The notes under the pieces: generated by a model
Database searches by the model: none
The model's input: the letters and a program-made list of their open reading frames with translations, nothing else
Told to the model about the DNA's origin: nothing
Source: Verrucomicrobiia bacterium
GTDB taxonomy: Bacteria; Verrucomicrobiota; Verrucomicrobiia; Limisphaerales; UBA11358
Direction of reading: 5' to 3'
Assembly: GCA_030038175.1 (NCBI GenBank)
Contig: JASHPN010000176.1
Coordinates: forward strand, 1-46,916
Length of the DNA: 46,916 nt
Position numbers and translations under genes: made by a program
Part shown: positions 33,174-42,612 of the stretch, piece after piece
Position numbering within the stretch: the stretch's first letter is position 1
Layout: the number at the start of each line of letters is the position of its first letter

Positions 33174-35180
33174 ATGCCCGTCACGCAAAAGAGCCCAAAG
33201 TCCCCGAGAATCATCAACTCGCTTCTTGCTGCTTTAGCGGTTACCGCGTCGTTGCCGAGTTTGCCGGTCGCGGCGGACGATTATCCGTTTAAACCCGTGC
33301 CGTTTACCGCGGTTCACCTGGACGACTCATTCTGGGCGCCGCGTCTGGCGACCAACCGCATCACGACAATTCCCTATGCGTTTGGCAAATGCGAGGAATC
33401 GGGGCGCATGAATAATTTCGAACGCGCCGCCGCCGTGTTGCGCGGCGAAAATATCGCTGATCGCAAGCCACCCGGCTTTCCCTTCGACGACACGGATGTC
33501 TATAAAGTGCTGGAAGGCGCATCCTACGCGCTGGCGGTGCAGCCGGACCCAAAAATGCAGGCGTATCTCGACAATCTGGTCGCGCTTATCGCCTCGGCGC
33601 AGGAGTCGGACGGGTATTTATACACCGCGCGCACGATTGATCCGCAGCATCCGCATCGCTGGTCAGGCGACAAGCGGTGGGTCAATGAAGAGCAATCGAG
33701 CCATGAGCTTTATGACGCCGGCCATTTATTTGAAGCCGCTGCCGCGCATTACCAGGCCACCGGCGAAACCAATTTGCTGAGCGTCGCGAAAAAGGAAGCG
33801 GATTTGCTCTGCGCCACTTTTGGCCCGGGAACCGATCAACTGCATCTCTGGCCCGGCCATGAAATTGTCGAGATGGGCCTGTGCAAACTCTACCGCGTTA
33901 CCGGCGATGAACGTTATCTCCGGCTTGCCAAATATTTCATTGATGTGCGCGGTACCGCGCCGGGCGGCGACAATTACCATCAGTCGCGCATTCCGCCGGT
34001 AAAACAGACCGAGGCCGTTGGCCACGCGGTTCGCGCCGGCTACCTTTATAGCGGCATGGCGGACGTGGCGGCGCTGACCGGCGACCAGGATTACGTTCAC
34101 GCGATTGATGCGATCTGGCAGAATGTCGTCGGCACAAAACTTTATGTCACCGGCGGTATTGGCGCAGTCCCGCGCATCGAAGGTTTCGGCCCGGATTATT
34201 ACCTGCCCAACGGGACGGCGTATTGCGAAACCTGCGCGGCAGTGGCAAATGATTTTTGGAATGAACGCCTGTTCCTGCTCCATGGCGACGCCAAATACAT
34301 GGACGTTTTTGAGCGCACGCTTTACAACGGCCTGCTCTCGGGCGTTTCGCTCGACGGCACGAAATTCTTCTATCCCAATCCGCTCGAATGCGCCGGCCAC
34401 TACCGGCGCAGTCCGTGGTTTGGCTGTGCGTGTTGTCCCGGCAATATCACGCGCTTCCTGCCGTCGTTGCCCGGCTATTTTTACGCGGCACGCGGCGATG
34501 TCATCTTTGTGAATCTCTTTGCCGGGAGTTCGGCGAACATCAAACTGGACGACGGCCGCAAAATCGCGCTCACACAAGTGACGCGTTATCCATGGGATGG
34601 CGGCGTGAAAATCATCGTCGCGCCGGAGAAAAAATCGAAATTCACGCTGGCGGTTCGGATTCCCGGCTGGGCGCGCAACGAGCCGGCACCCGGCGACCTT
34701 TACCGCTTTGCGGATACCAACACCGACCCGGTGACGTTCGCTGTAAATGGCAAGGCGGTGGAATACGACTGCAAAAATGGCTACGCGAAATTGCGCCGTT
34801 CGTGGAAGGCTGGTGACGTGGTGGAACTGGAGCTGCCCATGCCGGTCCGCCGCGTTTTGGCCAATCCAAACGTCAAGGCGGATGCCGGCCGCGTCGCATT
34901 GCAGCGCGGACCGATTGTTTTTTGCGCCGAATGGCCGGACAACCCCGGCGGCAACGTGCTTGACTTGACGCTGCCCGACAACGAGCCGCTCTCCGCGCAC
35001 TTCGAGCCGCAATTGCTCAATGGCGTGGAAGTGATCCATGGCCGCCCGCTGAACGCGGACAACGCGGAACAGGATTTCACCGCGATTCCCTATTTCGCCT
35101 GGGCCAATCGCGGTCCGGGTCAAATGACGGTGTGGCTGCGCCGCGGGCAGGACTTTGACAGAATCACACCACACTTATGA
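33174..35180 (+). CDS. Exported GH127 beta-L-arabinofuranosidase-like hydrolase
   Basis: FDDTDVYKVLEG, HELY.AGH, GHAVRAGY, Zn/catalytic YCETCA and CACCPGN, RIPGW, RGPIVFC; signal peptide; start uncertain. Confidence 0.93.
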   Translation: MPVTQKSPKSPRIINSLLAALAVTASLPSLPVAADDYPFKPVPFTAVHLDDSFWAPRLATNRITTIPYAFGKCEESGRMNNFERAAAVLRGENIADRKPPGFPFDDTDVYKVLEGASYALAVQPDPKMQAYLDNLVALIASAQESDGYLYTARTIDPQHPHRWSGDKRWVNEEQSSHELYDAGHLFEAAAAHYQATGETNLLSVAKKEADLLCATFGPGTDQLHLWPGHEIVEMGLCKLYRVTGDERYLRLAKYFIDVRGTAPGGDNYHQSRIPPVKQTEAVGHAVRAGYLYSGMADVAALTGDQDYVHAIDAIWQNVVGTKLYVTGGIGAVPRIEGFGPDYYLPNGTAYCETCAAVANDFWNERLFLLHGDAKYMDVFERTLYNGLLSGVSLDGTKFFYPNPLECAGHYRRSPWFGCACCPGNITRFLPSLPGYFYAARGDVIFVNLFAGSSANIKLDDGRKIALTQVTRYPWDGGVKIIVAPEKKSKFTLAVRIPGWARNEPAPGDLYRFADTNTDPVTFAVNGKAVEYDCKNGYAKLRRSWKAGDVVELELPMPVRRVLANPNVKADAGRVALQRGPIVFCAEWPDNPGGNVLDLTLPDNEPLSAHFEPQLLNGVEVIHGRPLNADNAEQDFTAIPYFAWANRGPGQMTVWLRRGQDFDRITPHL

Positions 35181-35220
35181 AGAGGTTTCGGCCCCAAGGG
35201 CACATGGGTACAGAGCCAAG

Positions 35221-35301
35221 AGAATGGATGATGGAAGATTGAAGATGGAAAAGGCGGTCGTGCTGCGGCTGGTCCCGCAGACGGGACACAGTCGCGCTCC
35301 G
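35221..35301. repeat. Heptamer array (aagatgg-like) followed by a family A REP, between convergent genes
   Basis: agaatgg atgatgg aagattg aagatgg; tgctgcggctggtcccgcagacgggacacagtcgcgctccg (35261-35301) resembles the reverse complement of 2095-2136. Confidence 0.75.
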
Positions 35302-35325
35302 AGCGCTGGTCCGACGATGACGGTA

Positions 35326-37050
35326 TTATCGCGCCGGGCGCCAGTCCAAAAGCTTCAGTTGAATGGTGCGGCTGCCGTTGAAGTGATTGATTTGGGGGGC
35401 GAAGGCGAGGTCAAATTTTCCGACCGGCAATGATTTGTCACCGCCGTTCCACCACACCGCCTCGTGCGTGGCGGCGCCATCGGTCACCCGCATTTTGACG
35501 TGCTGCTTGTCGGAGCCAATTCGCTGGAGCGGCCGGGCGTGGGACACATTTCGCGCGCAGAATTGAGCGACCGGATTTCCCTGGCCGTGCGGCTTTAATT
35601 TTTCGAGTTCGTAAAGTGCTTCAAACGTCATTTCATCCAATCCCACGGCGGCATCCAGGCGCAGCGACGGCTGGAGGTCATCAGGTTTCAAGACGCGGCG
35701 CGCGACTTCGTTGAGTTTTTCACGAAACAAATCAATTTTATCCGGCAAGACGCTCAAACCCGCCGCCATCGCATGGCCGCCATGGCGCACGAGCAAATGG
35801 CTGCACTCGCGCAGGGCGGCCGCCAAATCAAAGCCCGCGATGCTGCGGCCCGAGCCGCGCATCTCGCCATTTTCACCGCCAATGATAATCGTCGGACGGT
35901 AAAATTCCTGCAATACGCGCGAAGCCACGATGCCAACGACGCCGATGTGCCAGAGCAATTGGCCTTCAACGATGACAAAATGGTTGTTGGGATCAAATTT
36001 CAGGCGAATCGCGCCCAGAGCTTCCTGAACAATCGTCTTCTCAATTTTTTGGCGTTCGCGATTGCGCGCGTCCAGGCTCATTGCCAGCGGCATGGCTTTT
36101 TCCTTGTTTTCCGCCAGCAACAGGTCCAATGCCTCCGCCGCGTTTTCCAGCCGGCCCGCGGCGTTGAGGCGGGGACCGAGATGAAAACCCACTTCATAGA
36201 CGCCAACTTTTTGGCCGACCTGAGCCACTTCTTTGAGCGCGACGATTCCCGGGCGTTGCGTTTCGTTGAGCCGGTGGAGACCGGTAGCGGTCAAAATTCG
36301 GTTCTCTCCGACCAGGGGCACCTGATCGGCGATGGTCCCGAGCGCGACGAGGTCGAGCAACCGCTTCAAATCAAATTCGGCCGTGCCGGACAAATTTGCG
36401 GCACGACCCTGTTTGACAATGGCGTGCGCGAGTTTGAAGGCCAGGCCGACGGAACAAAATTGGGTAAAAGCAGAGCCGCGACCGTGAGGAAGCGCCGCCT
36501 GAGGGTTGACGAGCGCCGATGCGGGCGGCGCAGGGTCCGAAATCTGGTGATGGTCCAGGACAATGACGTCCACGCCGCGCGCGCCAACGGCGGCGATGGT
36601 CTCGACGGCGGTTGACCCGCAGTCCACGGCGAGCAGCAGAGTGGTTTGGAATTTCCTGAGGCAGTTCTCCACGCCGTCCGCGCTCAGGCCATAGCCTTCG
36701 TCCATCCGGTGGGGAAGGTAAAATTCCGCGCGCCAGCCCAACGTGCGAAATACTTCCAGGAGCAACGCCGTGGCGGTGACGCCGTCCACGTCGTAATCGC
36801 CAAAAATGACGAGCAGTTCGCCCCGTTCGCGCGCGCGAAAGAGCCGGGCCACGGCGCGGTCCATGTCCGGCAGGAGGAACGGGTCCGTGAGGTTCTTTAG
36901 GCGTGGCGCGAGAAAGTTTTCGACGGCGGGCGCTTCGCTCAAACTGCGGTTGAGGAGGCATTGCGCCAGCAAGTGCGAAATGCCGAGGGACGATGCCAGG
37001 CGCGCCGCCAGCAGCGGTTGGGCGGGAGCCAGTGACCAGGCAAACTTCAT
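35326..37050 (-). CDS. recJ: Single-stranded DNA 5'-3' exonuclease RecJ
   Basis: GDYDVDG, AVDCG, LDHH, LGTIAD.VPL..ENR, PRLNAAGR, GSGRS, GGHAMAAG. Confidence 0.96.
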   Translation of the reverse strand: MKFAWSLAPAQPLLAARLASSLGISHLLAQCLLNRSLSEAPAVENFLAPRLKNLTDPFLLPDMDRAVARLFRARERGELLVIFGDYDVDGVTATALLLEVFRTLGWRAEFYLPHRMDEGYGLSADGVENCLRKFQTTLLLAVDCGSTAVETIAAVGARGVDVIVLDHHQISDPAPPASALVNPQAALPHGRGSAFTQFCSVGLAFKLAHAIVKQGRAANLSGTAEFDLKRLLDLVALGTIADQVPLVGENRILTATGLHRLNETQRPGIVALKEVAQVGQKVGVYEVGFHLGPRLNAAGRLENAAEALDLLLAENKEKAMPLAMSLDARNRERQKIEKTIVQEALGAIRLKFDPNNHFVIVEGQLLWHIGVVGIVASRVLQEFYRPTIIIGGENGEMRGSGRSIAGFDLAAALRECSHLLVRHGGHAMAAGLSVLPDKIDLFREKLNEVARRVLKPDDLQPSLRLDAAVGLDEMTFEALYELEKLKPHGQGNPVAQFCARNVSHARPLQRIGSDKQHVKMRVTDGAATHEAVWWNGGDKSLPVGKFDLAFAPQINHFNGSRTIQLKLLDWRPAR

Positions 37051-38000
37051 TGTTTTTCGGTCCGGTCACGCCAGGCGGCGGTGACCGATAAGGAAATGGA
37101 AATCAAAAGGATGGCGGCGACGACCATCAGCGCAACGGTCGTTGGGAGCTGGATTTGAAACCATTTTGGCTCGTGTCCATGCGGATCGAAGAGCATTTCA
37201 AGGCCGATAAAGACCAGCACGGCGGACACGCCGATGTTCAGGTAGCGAAAATAGCCGAGCGCGCCGGCCAGCACGAAATACATTGAACGCAGGCCCAGAA
37301 TGGCAAAAACGTTGGAGGTGAAAACAATGAAAGCGTCCCGGGTTACGGAAAAGATGGCGGGGATGGAATCCAGGGCAAAAATCAAATCGGTGGTTTCAAT
37401 GAGCAGCAGCGCGAGCGCCAGCGGCGTGAGCATCAAGGCGCCATTTCTCCGAAAAAATTTTCCGCCGTCGAATTGCTCGGAAATGGAAAAGAACCTTTTT
37501 GCGGTCCGGAGCACCAGGTTTCGCTCTGGTTGCATTTGTTTTTTTGAGAAAAGCATTTTCGCGCCGGCCAGGACCAGGAAGGCGCCGAAGAGATACAAAA
37601 TCCAATCGTAACAGGTGATGAGCGCCACGCCGGCGGCAATCATGGCGCCGCGCATCACCAGGACGCCCAGGATGCCCCAAAAAAGGAGGCGATGCTGATA
37701 CTCTGCGGGCACGCGCAAGTAGGCGAAGAGGACGGCGATGACAAGGACGTTGTCGAGTGAAAGAGAAAGCTCGATGACATAGCCGGTCGTGAATTGGACG
37801 GCTTCTCCGCGGCTGCGCCAAATGCAGAGGGCCGCGGCAAAGAGCATGGCCAGGGAGAACCAGACGATGCTCCAGCCCAGCGCTTCCTGGAATTTAATGA
37901 CCCGCGCCCGCGGATGAAAAACTCCCAGGTCGAGCGCCAGAAAAAATACAATAAAGGAAATAAAACCGAGCCACGCCCAGGAATTGATTTGGATTACCAT
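37047..38000 (-). CDS. TerC/Alx family membrane protein
   Basis: ELSLSLDNV, QHRLLFWGILG, ETTDLIFALDSIPA, FTSNVFAILGLRSMYF; overlaps recJ by ATGA. Confidence 0.93.
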   Translation of the reverse strand: MVIQINSWAWLGFISFIVFFLALDLGVFHPRARVIKFQEALGWSIVWFSLAMLFAAALCIWRSRGEAVQFTTGYVIELSLSLDNVLVIAVLFAYLRVPAEYQHRLLFWGILGVLVMRGAMIAAGVALITCYDWILYLFGAFLVLAGAKMLFSKKQMQPERNLVLRTAKRFFSISEQFDGGKFFRRNGALMLTPLALALLLIETTDLIFALDSIPAIFSVTRDAFIVFTSNVFAILGLRSMYFVLAGALGYFRYLNIGVSAVLVFIGLEMLFDPHGHEPKWFQIQLPTTVALMVVAAILLISISLSVTAAWRDRTEKQ

Positions 38001-38176
38001 TATTTAGACAGCATTTTGAGAATGTGCTTCGCAAGGGGTTCCTTTATTTCACGATGACGCGGCACCGGTTGCGCCATTTTCGTAATGGGATTTTGATACC
38101 AATCGTGTTTTCCGCCATGACGAATAAACACGCAACCGGATTCTTCAATTTTCTTTATCAGGTCGCGATGTTTCAC
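38000..38176 (-). CDS. hicA: HicA-family toxin (58 aa, absent from the ORF track)
   Basis: Manual translation MKHRDLIKKIEESGCVFIRHGGKHDWYQNPITKMAQPVPRHREIKEPLAKHILKMLSK*; R.G.KH and VPRH.EI motifs; GTGA overlap with hicB, TAATG overlap with terC. Confidence 0.88.
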   Translation of the reverse strand: MKHRDLIKKIEESGCVFIRHGGKHDWYQNPITKMAQPVPRHREIKEPLAKHILKMLSK

Positions 38177-38364
38177 GCGAGTTCGAGTTCAGCATGACGG
38201 CGAACGCACGGAATTTCACCGGAAGTCAGATCGTGATACAAATCAGCCAAGTGCTCTTTCAAATCCGCCAAAGACTCGCCTTGTGTCAAATAATCCGGAA
38301 ATTCGTCCAGATGTCCAATCCAGGCGTCACCGTCCTGCCAATAAGTAAACTCAGCTTTGGTCAT
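38173..38364 (-). CDS. hicB: Short HicB-family antitoxin without a DNA-binding domain
   Basis: YWQDGDAWIGHLDEFPDYLTQGESLADLKEHL; 63 aa; directly upstream of hicA. Confidence 0.85.
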   Translation of the reverse strand: MTKAEFTYWQDGDAWIGHLDEFPDYLTQGESLADLKEHLADLYHDLTSGEIPCVRRHAELELA

Positions 38365-38370
38365 ATTGCT

Positions 38371-38398
38371 AATTTGGCACGATGGAGCGTGACCGCAA
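38371..38398 (-). promoter_or_regulatory. Putative internal promoter for hicBA
   Basis: TTGCGG-16 nt-(TGc)CAAATT-6 nt-ATG. Confidence 0.35.
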
Positions 38399-38429
38399 GA
38401 GAATTTTAGACGCAACGAGACGTTGTCCT

Positions 38430-40985
38430 TCACGCTTTAGCCGTGCCGGCGGTTTGCATGGTCACTTGCGATGCGCCGATTGCCGGAAGCTTGCCCTTGT
38501 GCCACCACAAGACAAACGTGCTGGCGATAAAGATAGAGGAATAAGTGCCGACGACGATGCCGACCAGGAAGGTGAACGCAAAATCGTTGATGGCGCCGCC
38601 GCCAAATATATACAAGCACAGCGTGGCGATAAATACGGTGCTGCTGGTAATGATGGTTCGGCTCAACGTCTGATTGAGCGCCACATTGATAATTTCCTTG
38701 AAGGTCCCGCGCATGCCCAGTTTTAAATCTTCGCGGATACGGTCAAAGATGACGACTTTGTCGTTGATGGAAAAGCCGATGATGGTCAGGACGGCGGCCA
38801 CGACGGTGGCATTAAACTGGCGCCCGGAAACCTCGTTGGCCAGGCAATAACAGCCGATCGTGAACACTACGTCGTGGACGACGCCAACAATGGCGCCGAC
38901 GGCGAAGGAAAATTCATAACGGAACGAGACATAAACGAGGATGCCGAACATCGCCAGCAGTGAGGCGATGATCGCCGAATTTCGAATTTCCGCTCCCACG
39001 ACCGGCCCGACTTCCTGTTCTCCGACCGCCCTGAAATTCGCCTGGGGAAACTGGTTTTCCATGGCCTGCTCGACCTTTTGGGCCGAATGTTCCGACGACG
39101 TGATTCGTAATTGCCGGGCGCCGGTGTAGAGGTTGTTTTGATATTGGATTTCGACGTCTTTTTCGCCGATGGCCGCGAGCGCGGTACGGATTTTATCCAC
39201 ATCCACCTGTTGGACGAAACTGAAAGTGGTGCTGTCGCCCCCGAGGAAATCCACGCCGCACAGATGCTTGCCTCGAACCACGCCGCCGTAGATGACGGCG
39301 GCAACCGCAAAGGCCCAGGTCAAAATAAACAGCGGGCGGGCGACCCCCATGAAATTAACCCTGGTGCTCCTGATGATATGGAACATGCCGAGCGTTTTGA
39401 TCCAGTTGTTGTCGAGGAGGAAATTAAAAATCAAACGCGTGACCACCAGGGCGGTGAACAAGCTGGCGGCGATACCCCAGCTGAGCGTGACGCCGAAGCC
39501 CTTGATTTCGCCGGTGCCCTTCCAGACCAAAATGAGGGAAGAAATGAGCGTCGTGACGTGGGAATCAAAAATGGTGCCAAACGCCCGTTTATAACCGGCA
39601 TCAATGGCGCCGCGGAGCGATTTCCCTTTTTCCAATTCTTCCCGCAGGCGCTCGTAAATCAGGACGTTGGCATCCACCGCCATGCCGACGGTCAGCACAA
39701 TACCGGCGATGCCAGGCAGCGTAAAGGTGACGCCGATACAGCACATGACACCGAGCACCAGGATAATGTTGGTTACCAGCGCGATGTTGGCGTTCAAGCC
39801 TGCCAGCCGGTAATAGATCAGCATAAACAGGGACACGAAGATGACTGCGGCGATCGAGGCCCGAATACCGCTTTGGATGGAATCCTTGCCCAGCGTCGGG
39901 TCCACATCATTCTCGGAAATGATGCTCACCGGCGCCCGCAGAGGGTTGGCCAATACGCTGGCCAAACTTTGCGCGTCCTGTTCGGTAAAAGTGCCGCTAA
40001 TCTGGCACTCGCCGTTCACGATCGGGCCTTCAATGCTCGGCGCGGAATAAAGTACTCCGTCCAGAACAATCGCCATGCGGTGCTTTTGGCCGGTTTGCGG
40101 GTCGGGCTGGTATTCCGTCGTCACCTGGGCAAATTTCTTTGCCCCGTCATCCGTGAGACTGAAATCAATTTGCGGTTCGCCTAAATTGCCGTACACGACC
40201 CTGGCGCTTTTGACAAAATCGCCTTCCAGTCCATCCTCGGCCATTCTCTTGACGACCAGTCGTTCGGGGGTTTGCTGTCCCGGCTCCATTTCGACCGATG
40301 TCATCAACTCATATCCAGGCGGAATCGGCTCATGGTTCTGAAGAATGGACTCGCTGTTGTCGCTGACCATGCGAAATTGGAGAAAGGCAGCCTTGGTGAT
40401 ATTTTCCCTGGCTTCCGCTTTTACCGACTCGGCCAGGCCGGGCATTTGAATGAGAATCCGGTCGCTCCCTTCGGGCTGGATAATGGGTTCGGCGACGCCG
40501 AGGGCATCCACGCGTTTGCGCAGGACTTCGACCGCCTGAGACAGGGCGTCGCTGATTTCCGTGGCGCGATTGATACCGTTGGTATCCCCGGTGGTGCTCA
40601 GAAAATTCGTATCCATCTCGACCAGGTAGGAGGTGCCGCCTTGCAAATCCAGGCCCAATTTGAACCGGCCGGAGGCATCGCGCTGAAGCTGGTTCAGGAT
40701 GTACGTCGTGGGATGGATCTGGGATTTTGCATCAATGAACGGGAAATAAGCTTGAATATCATTGGTTGCGATCGCGTCTCTCAATTCGGCAAACTCGGTG
40801 TTGGTTCCGGTTTGTTGCAGAGCCTGGGCGCGGGCCAGAATGTTGGTAAAGGCGGCATCGGGGCCCTCGGCGCGTGAGGCAAACTGTTGAATCAAATCGC
40901 GTGGCGTGGGCGGATACATCTGGTAAAGCGCCCACAGGACCAGCAGTACGACAAGAATAAATTTCCAACGATCGTTTTTGTTCAT
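38430..40985 (-). CDS. secDF: Fused protein translocase subunit SecDF
   Basis: LGLDLQGG, RVDALGVAEP, GMAVDANVLIYER, GVDFLGG, GFSIND..VIFDRIRE. Confidence 0.96.
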   Translation of the reverse strand: MNKNDRWKFILVVLLVLWALYQMYPPTPRDLIQQFASRAEGPDAAFTNILARAQALQQTGTNTEFAELRDAIATNDIQAYFPFIDAKSQIHPTTYILNQLQRDASGRFKLGLDLQGGTSYLVEMDTNFLSTTGDTNGINRATEISDALSQAVEVLRKRVDALGVAEPIIQPEGSDRILIQMPGLAESVKAEARENITKAAFLQFRMVSDNSESILQNHEPIPPGYELMTSVEMEPGQQTPERLVVKRMAEDGLEGDFVKSARVVYGNLGEPQIDFSLTDDGAKKFAQVTTEYQPDPQTGQKHRMAIVLDGVLYSAPSIEGPIVNGECQISGTFTEQDAQSLASVLANPLRAPVSIISENDVDPTLGKDSIQSGIRASIAAVIFVSLFMLIYYRLAGLNANIALVTNIILVLGVMCCIGVTFTLPGIAGIVLTVGMAVDANVLIYERLREELEKGKSLRGAIDAGYKRAFGTIFDSHVTTLISSLILVWKGTGEIKGFGVTLSWGIAASLFTALVVTRLIFNFLLDNNWIKTLGMFHIIRSTRVNFMGVARPLFILTWAFAVAAVIYGGVVRGKHLCGVDFLGGDSTTFSFVQQVDVDKIRTALAAIGEKDVEIQYQNNLYTGARQLRITSSEHSAQKVEQAMENQFPQANFRAVGEQEVGPVVGAEIRNSAIIASLLAMFGILVYVSFRYEFSFAVGAIVGVVHDVVFTIGCYCLANEVSGRQFNATVVAAVLTIIGFSINDKVVIFDRIREDLKLGMRGTFKEIINVALNQTLSRTIITSSTVFIATLCLYIFGGGAINDFAFTFLVGIVVGTYSSIFIASTFVLWWHKGKLPAIGASQVTMQTAGTAKA

Positions 40986-41377
40986 GAGGAAGCCTGGGCT
41001 GAGTCGCCGCTTTCAAGGATTTCGGTGATGGAGGATTTGGTGACTTCCATTTTGGCGTCGGCGGAACGCAGGGAAACGGTTTTTTCTTTGACGGTGATGA
41101 TGGTGCCCACAATGCCGCTGGAGGTGACCACGCGATCTCCGGATTTGATGCTGGCCAGGAGCCGGGCCAATTGTTTGCTGCGCTGCTGCTGCGGGCGAAT
41201 CATAAGAAAATACATCATCACCGCGATCAGGGCGATGAAAATGAGGGAATTGCCGGCAAAAAAGGGCGGCGGTTGAGCGGCCTGTCCTGAAGGCGCGCCG
41301 TGGGTTGCCGTGCCCGGCGCTGATTGCGCCGGGGCAGATGGCGCGGAGGCATCCGCGAAAACAACGTTCCAATACAT
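40982..41377 (-). CDS. yajC: Preprotein translocase subunit YajC
   Basis: YFLMIRPQQQR, GDRVVTSSGIVG; ATGA overlap with secDF. Confidence 0.95.
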   Translation of the reverse strand: MYWNVVFADASAPSAPAQSAPGTATHGAPSGQAAQPPPFFAGNSLIFIALIAVMMYFLMIRPQQQRSKQLARLLASIKSGDRVVTSSGIVGTIITVKEKTVSLRSADAKMEVTKSSITEILESGDSAQASS

Positions 41378-41443
41378 AATGAAAATGGCCGGCCAGTCTA
41401 ACGCATAAAATCAGTTTGAAAAGGAGAAAATTGTCCAAGGCAT

Positions 41444-41492
41444 GGTGAAAAGGTTTAAAAGGTAAAAGCGTTGAAGCGTTGAAGCGTTGAAT
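41444..41492. repeat. Octamer tandem repeat (cgttgaag)x3 with degenerate upstream units
   Basis: ggtaaaag cgttgaag cgttgaag cgttgaat. Confidence 0.65.
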
Positions 41493-41529
41493 GGGCAAAT
41501 CCGGCCGAGAACAGGAAACTATCCCCTGT

Positions 41530-42612
41530 TTACAATTTGCGATTGGACAGGGATTTCTTTACCGCCTGGAAAACGGTTTCAACCGCCAACTCTTTCATGC
41601 AGCGGATGTCGTAGGGACAACCCGTGAACCAATGGCCGCGAGGGGTTTTGTGATTGCAAAAAATGCAGGGCAGATCGGCGAATAAGCCGGAGCCGGCCGA
41701 GGCCGGGGGCAGGCGAAATTGTGGAGCATTCGCCCCAAACAAGCCCACAACGGGCACGCCGACAGCCCCTGCGACATGAATCGGACCGGAATCAATCGAA
41801 ATCACCAAATCACAACTTGCAATCAATGCCACAATTTCGTCGGCTTCAAGCCGGTTCCACAGAGGCCGCACACTCCTCAAGTTTTCGAACTCATCATCGG
41901 GGCCTCTGGTCAGGCCAAATTGCAGGACCACGGCCTTAAACTCCGCGTGAATATGGTCCACCAATGCTTGCCATTTTTCCGCGCTCCATTCTTTTACCGG
42001 CCAGGAATGACCGCAATTGATGCCAATGACAAGGCGGCCGGCGGCAATGTCCCCGTCCAGGTTGTAAGCGGTTTGCGCCTTTTTGATCAATTCCGGCGAG
42101 GGAAACAGGCGCGGCTGGCGGTCAGAAACCGGAAGAGTCACCCCGCAGGAGGACGCCAGATCATCAATTAGGTGGGCTACCGATCCGCGTTCGGGAACAA
42201 GCTCGTCGGTGGTCTGTGGATTATAAATTGCTTCGACGATGCCGGGCAGTTTGTAGCGGGCCGGCAGCGTGAACGGAAAGGTCCACGATTTGGCCCCAAA
42301 GACCGCATCTGCGGCGCGGGACAACAGAACCAATTTCCTGGCGCTATTGTGCGTCAGAAAAACGAGGCGTGAATTTGAATGGCGTTTGCGGAGTTCCCCG
42401 CAAAGGGGCAGCGTGCAGACGACGTCACCGAGGGCACCGGAGCGGCAAAGGATGACCAGCTTTTTTCCGCAGCGCAGCCGTTGAACCACCAGCCATAGCG
42501 GAAAGGAAAACAAATCGAATACGCGGTTGGCGCCAGCGCGAATTTGTTTTCGGAAAGGGATAATCTTTCTCCAGGAGGGAACGGGCGGAGGCCAGGTGGA
42601 ATGCGTATTCAT
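41530..42612 (-). CDS. Glycosyltransferase family 9 (heptosyltransferase-like)
   Basis: ALGDVV.TLP, KEWS...W, ISIDSGPIHVAGA.G.P.VGLFG, Cys-rich C-terminal motif. Confidence 0.9.
   Translation of the reverse strand: MNTHSTWPPPVPSWRKIIPFRKQIRAGANRVFDLFSFPLWLVVQRLRCGKKLVILCRSGALGDVVCTLPLCGELRKRHSNSRLVFLTHNSARKLVLLSRAADAVFGAKSWTFPFTLPARYKLPGIVEAIYNPQTTDELVPERGSVAHLIDDLASSCGVTLPVSDRQPRLFPSPELIKKAQTAYNLDGDIAAGRLVIGINCGHSWPVKEWSAEKWQALVDHIHAEFKAVVLQFGLTRGPDDEFENLRSVRPLWNRLEADEIVALIASCDLVISIDSGPIHVAGAVGVPVVGLFGANAPQFRLPPASAGSGLFADLPCIFCNHKTPRGHWFTGCPYDIRCMKELAVETVFQAVKKSLSNRKL

Noticed and set aside
33726-35174. 482-aa minus-strand ORF
   Set aside because: Antisense to GH127; no recognisable motifs
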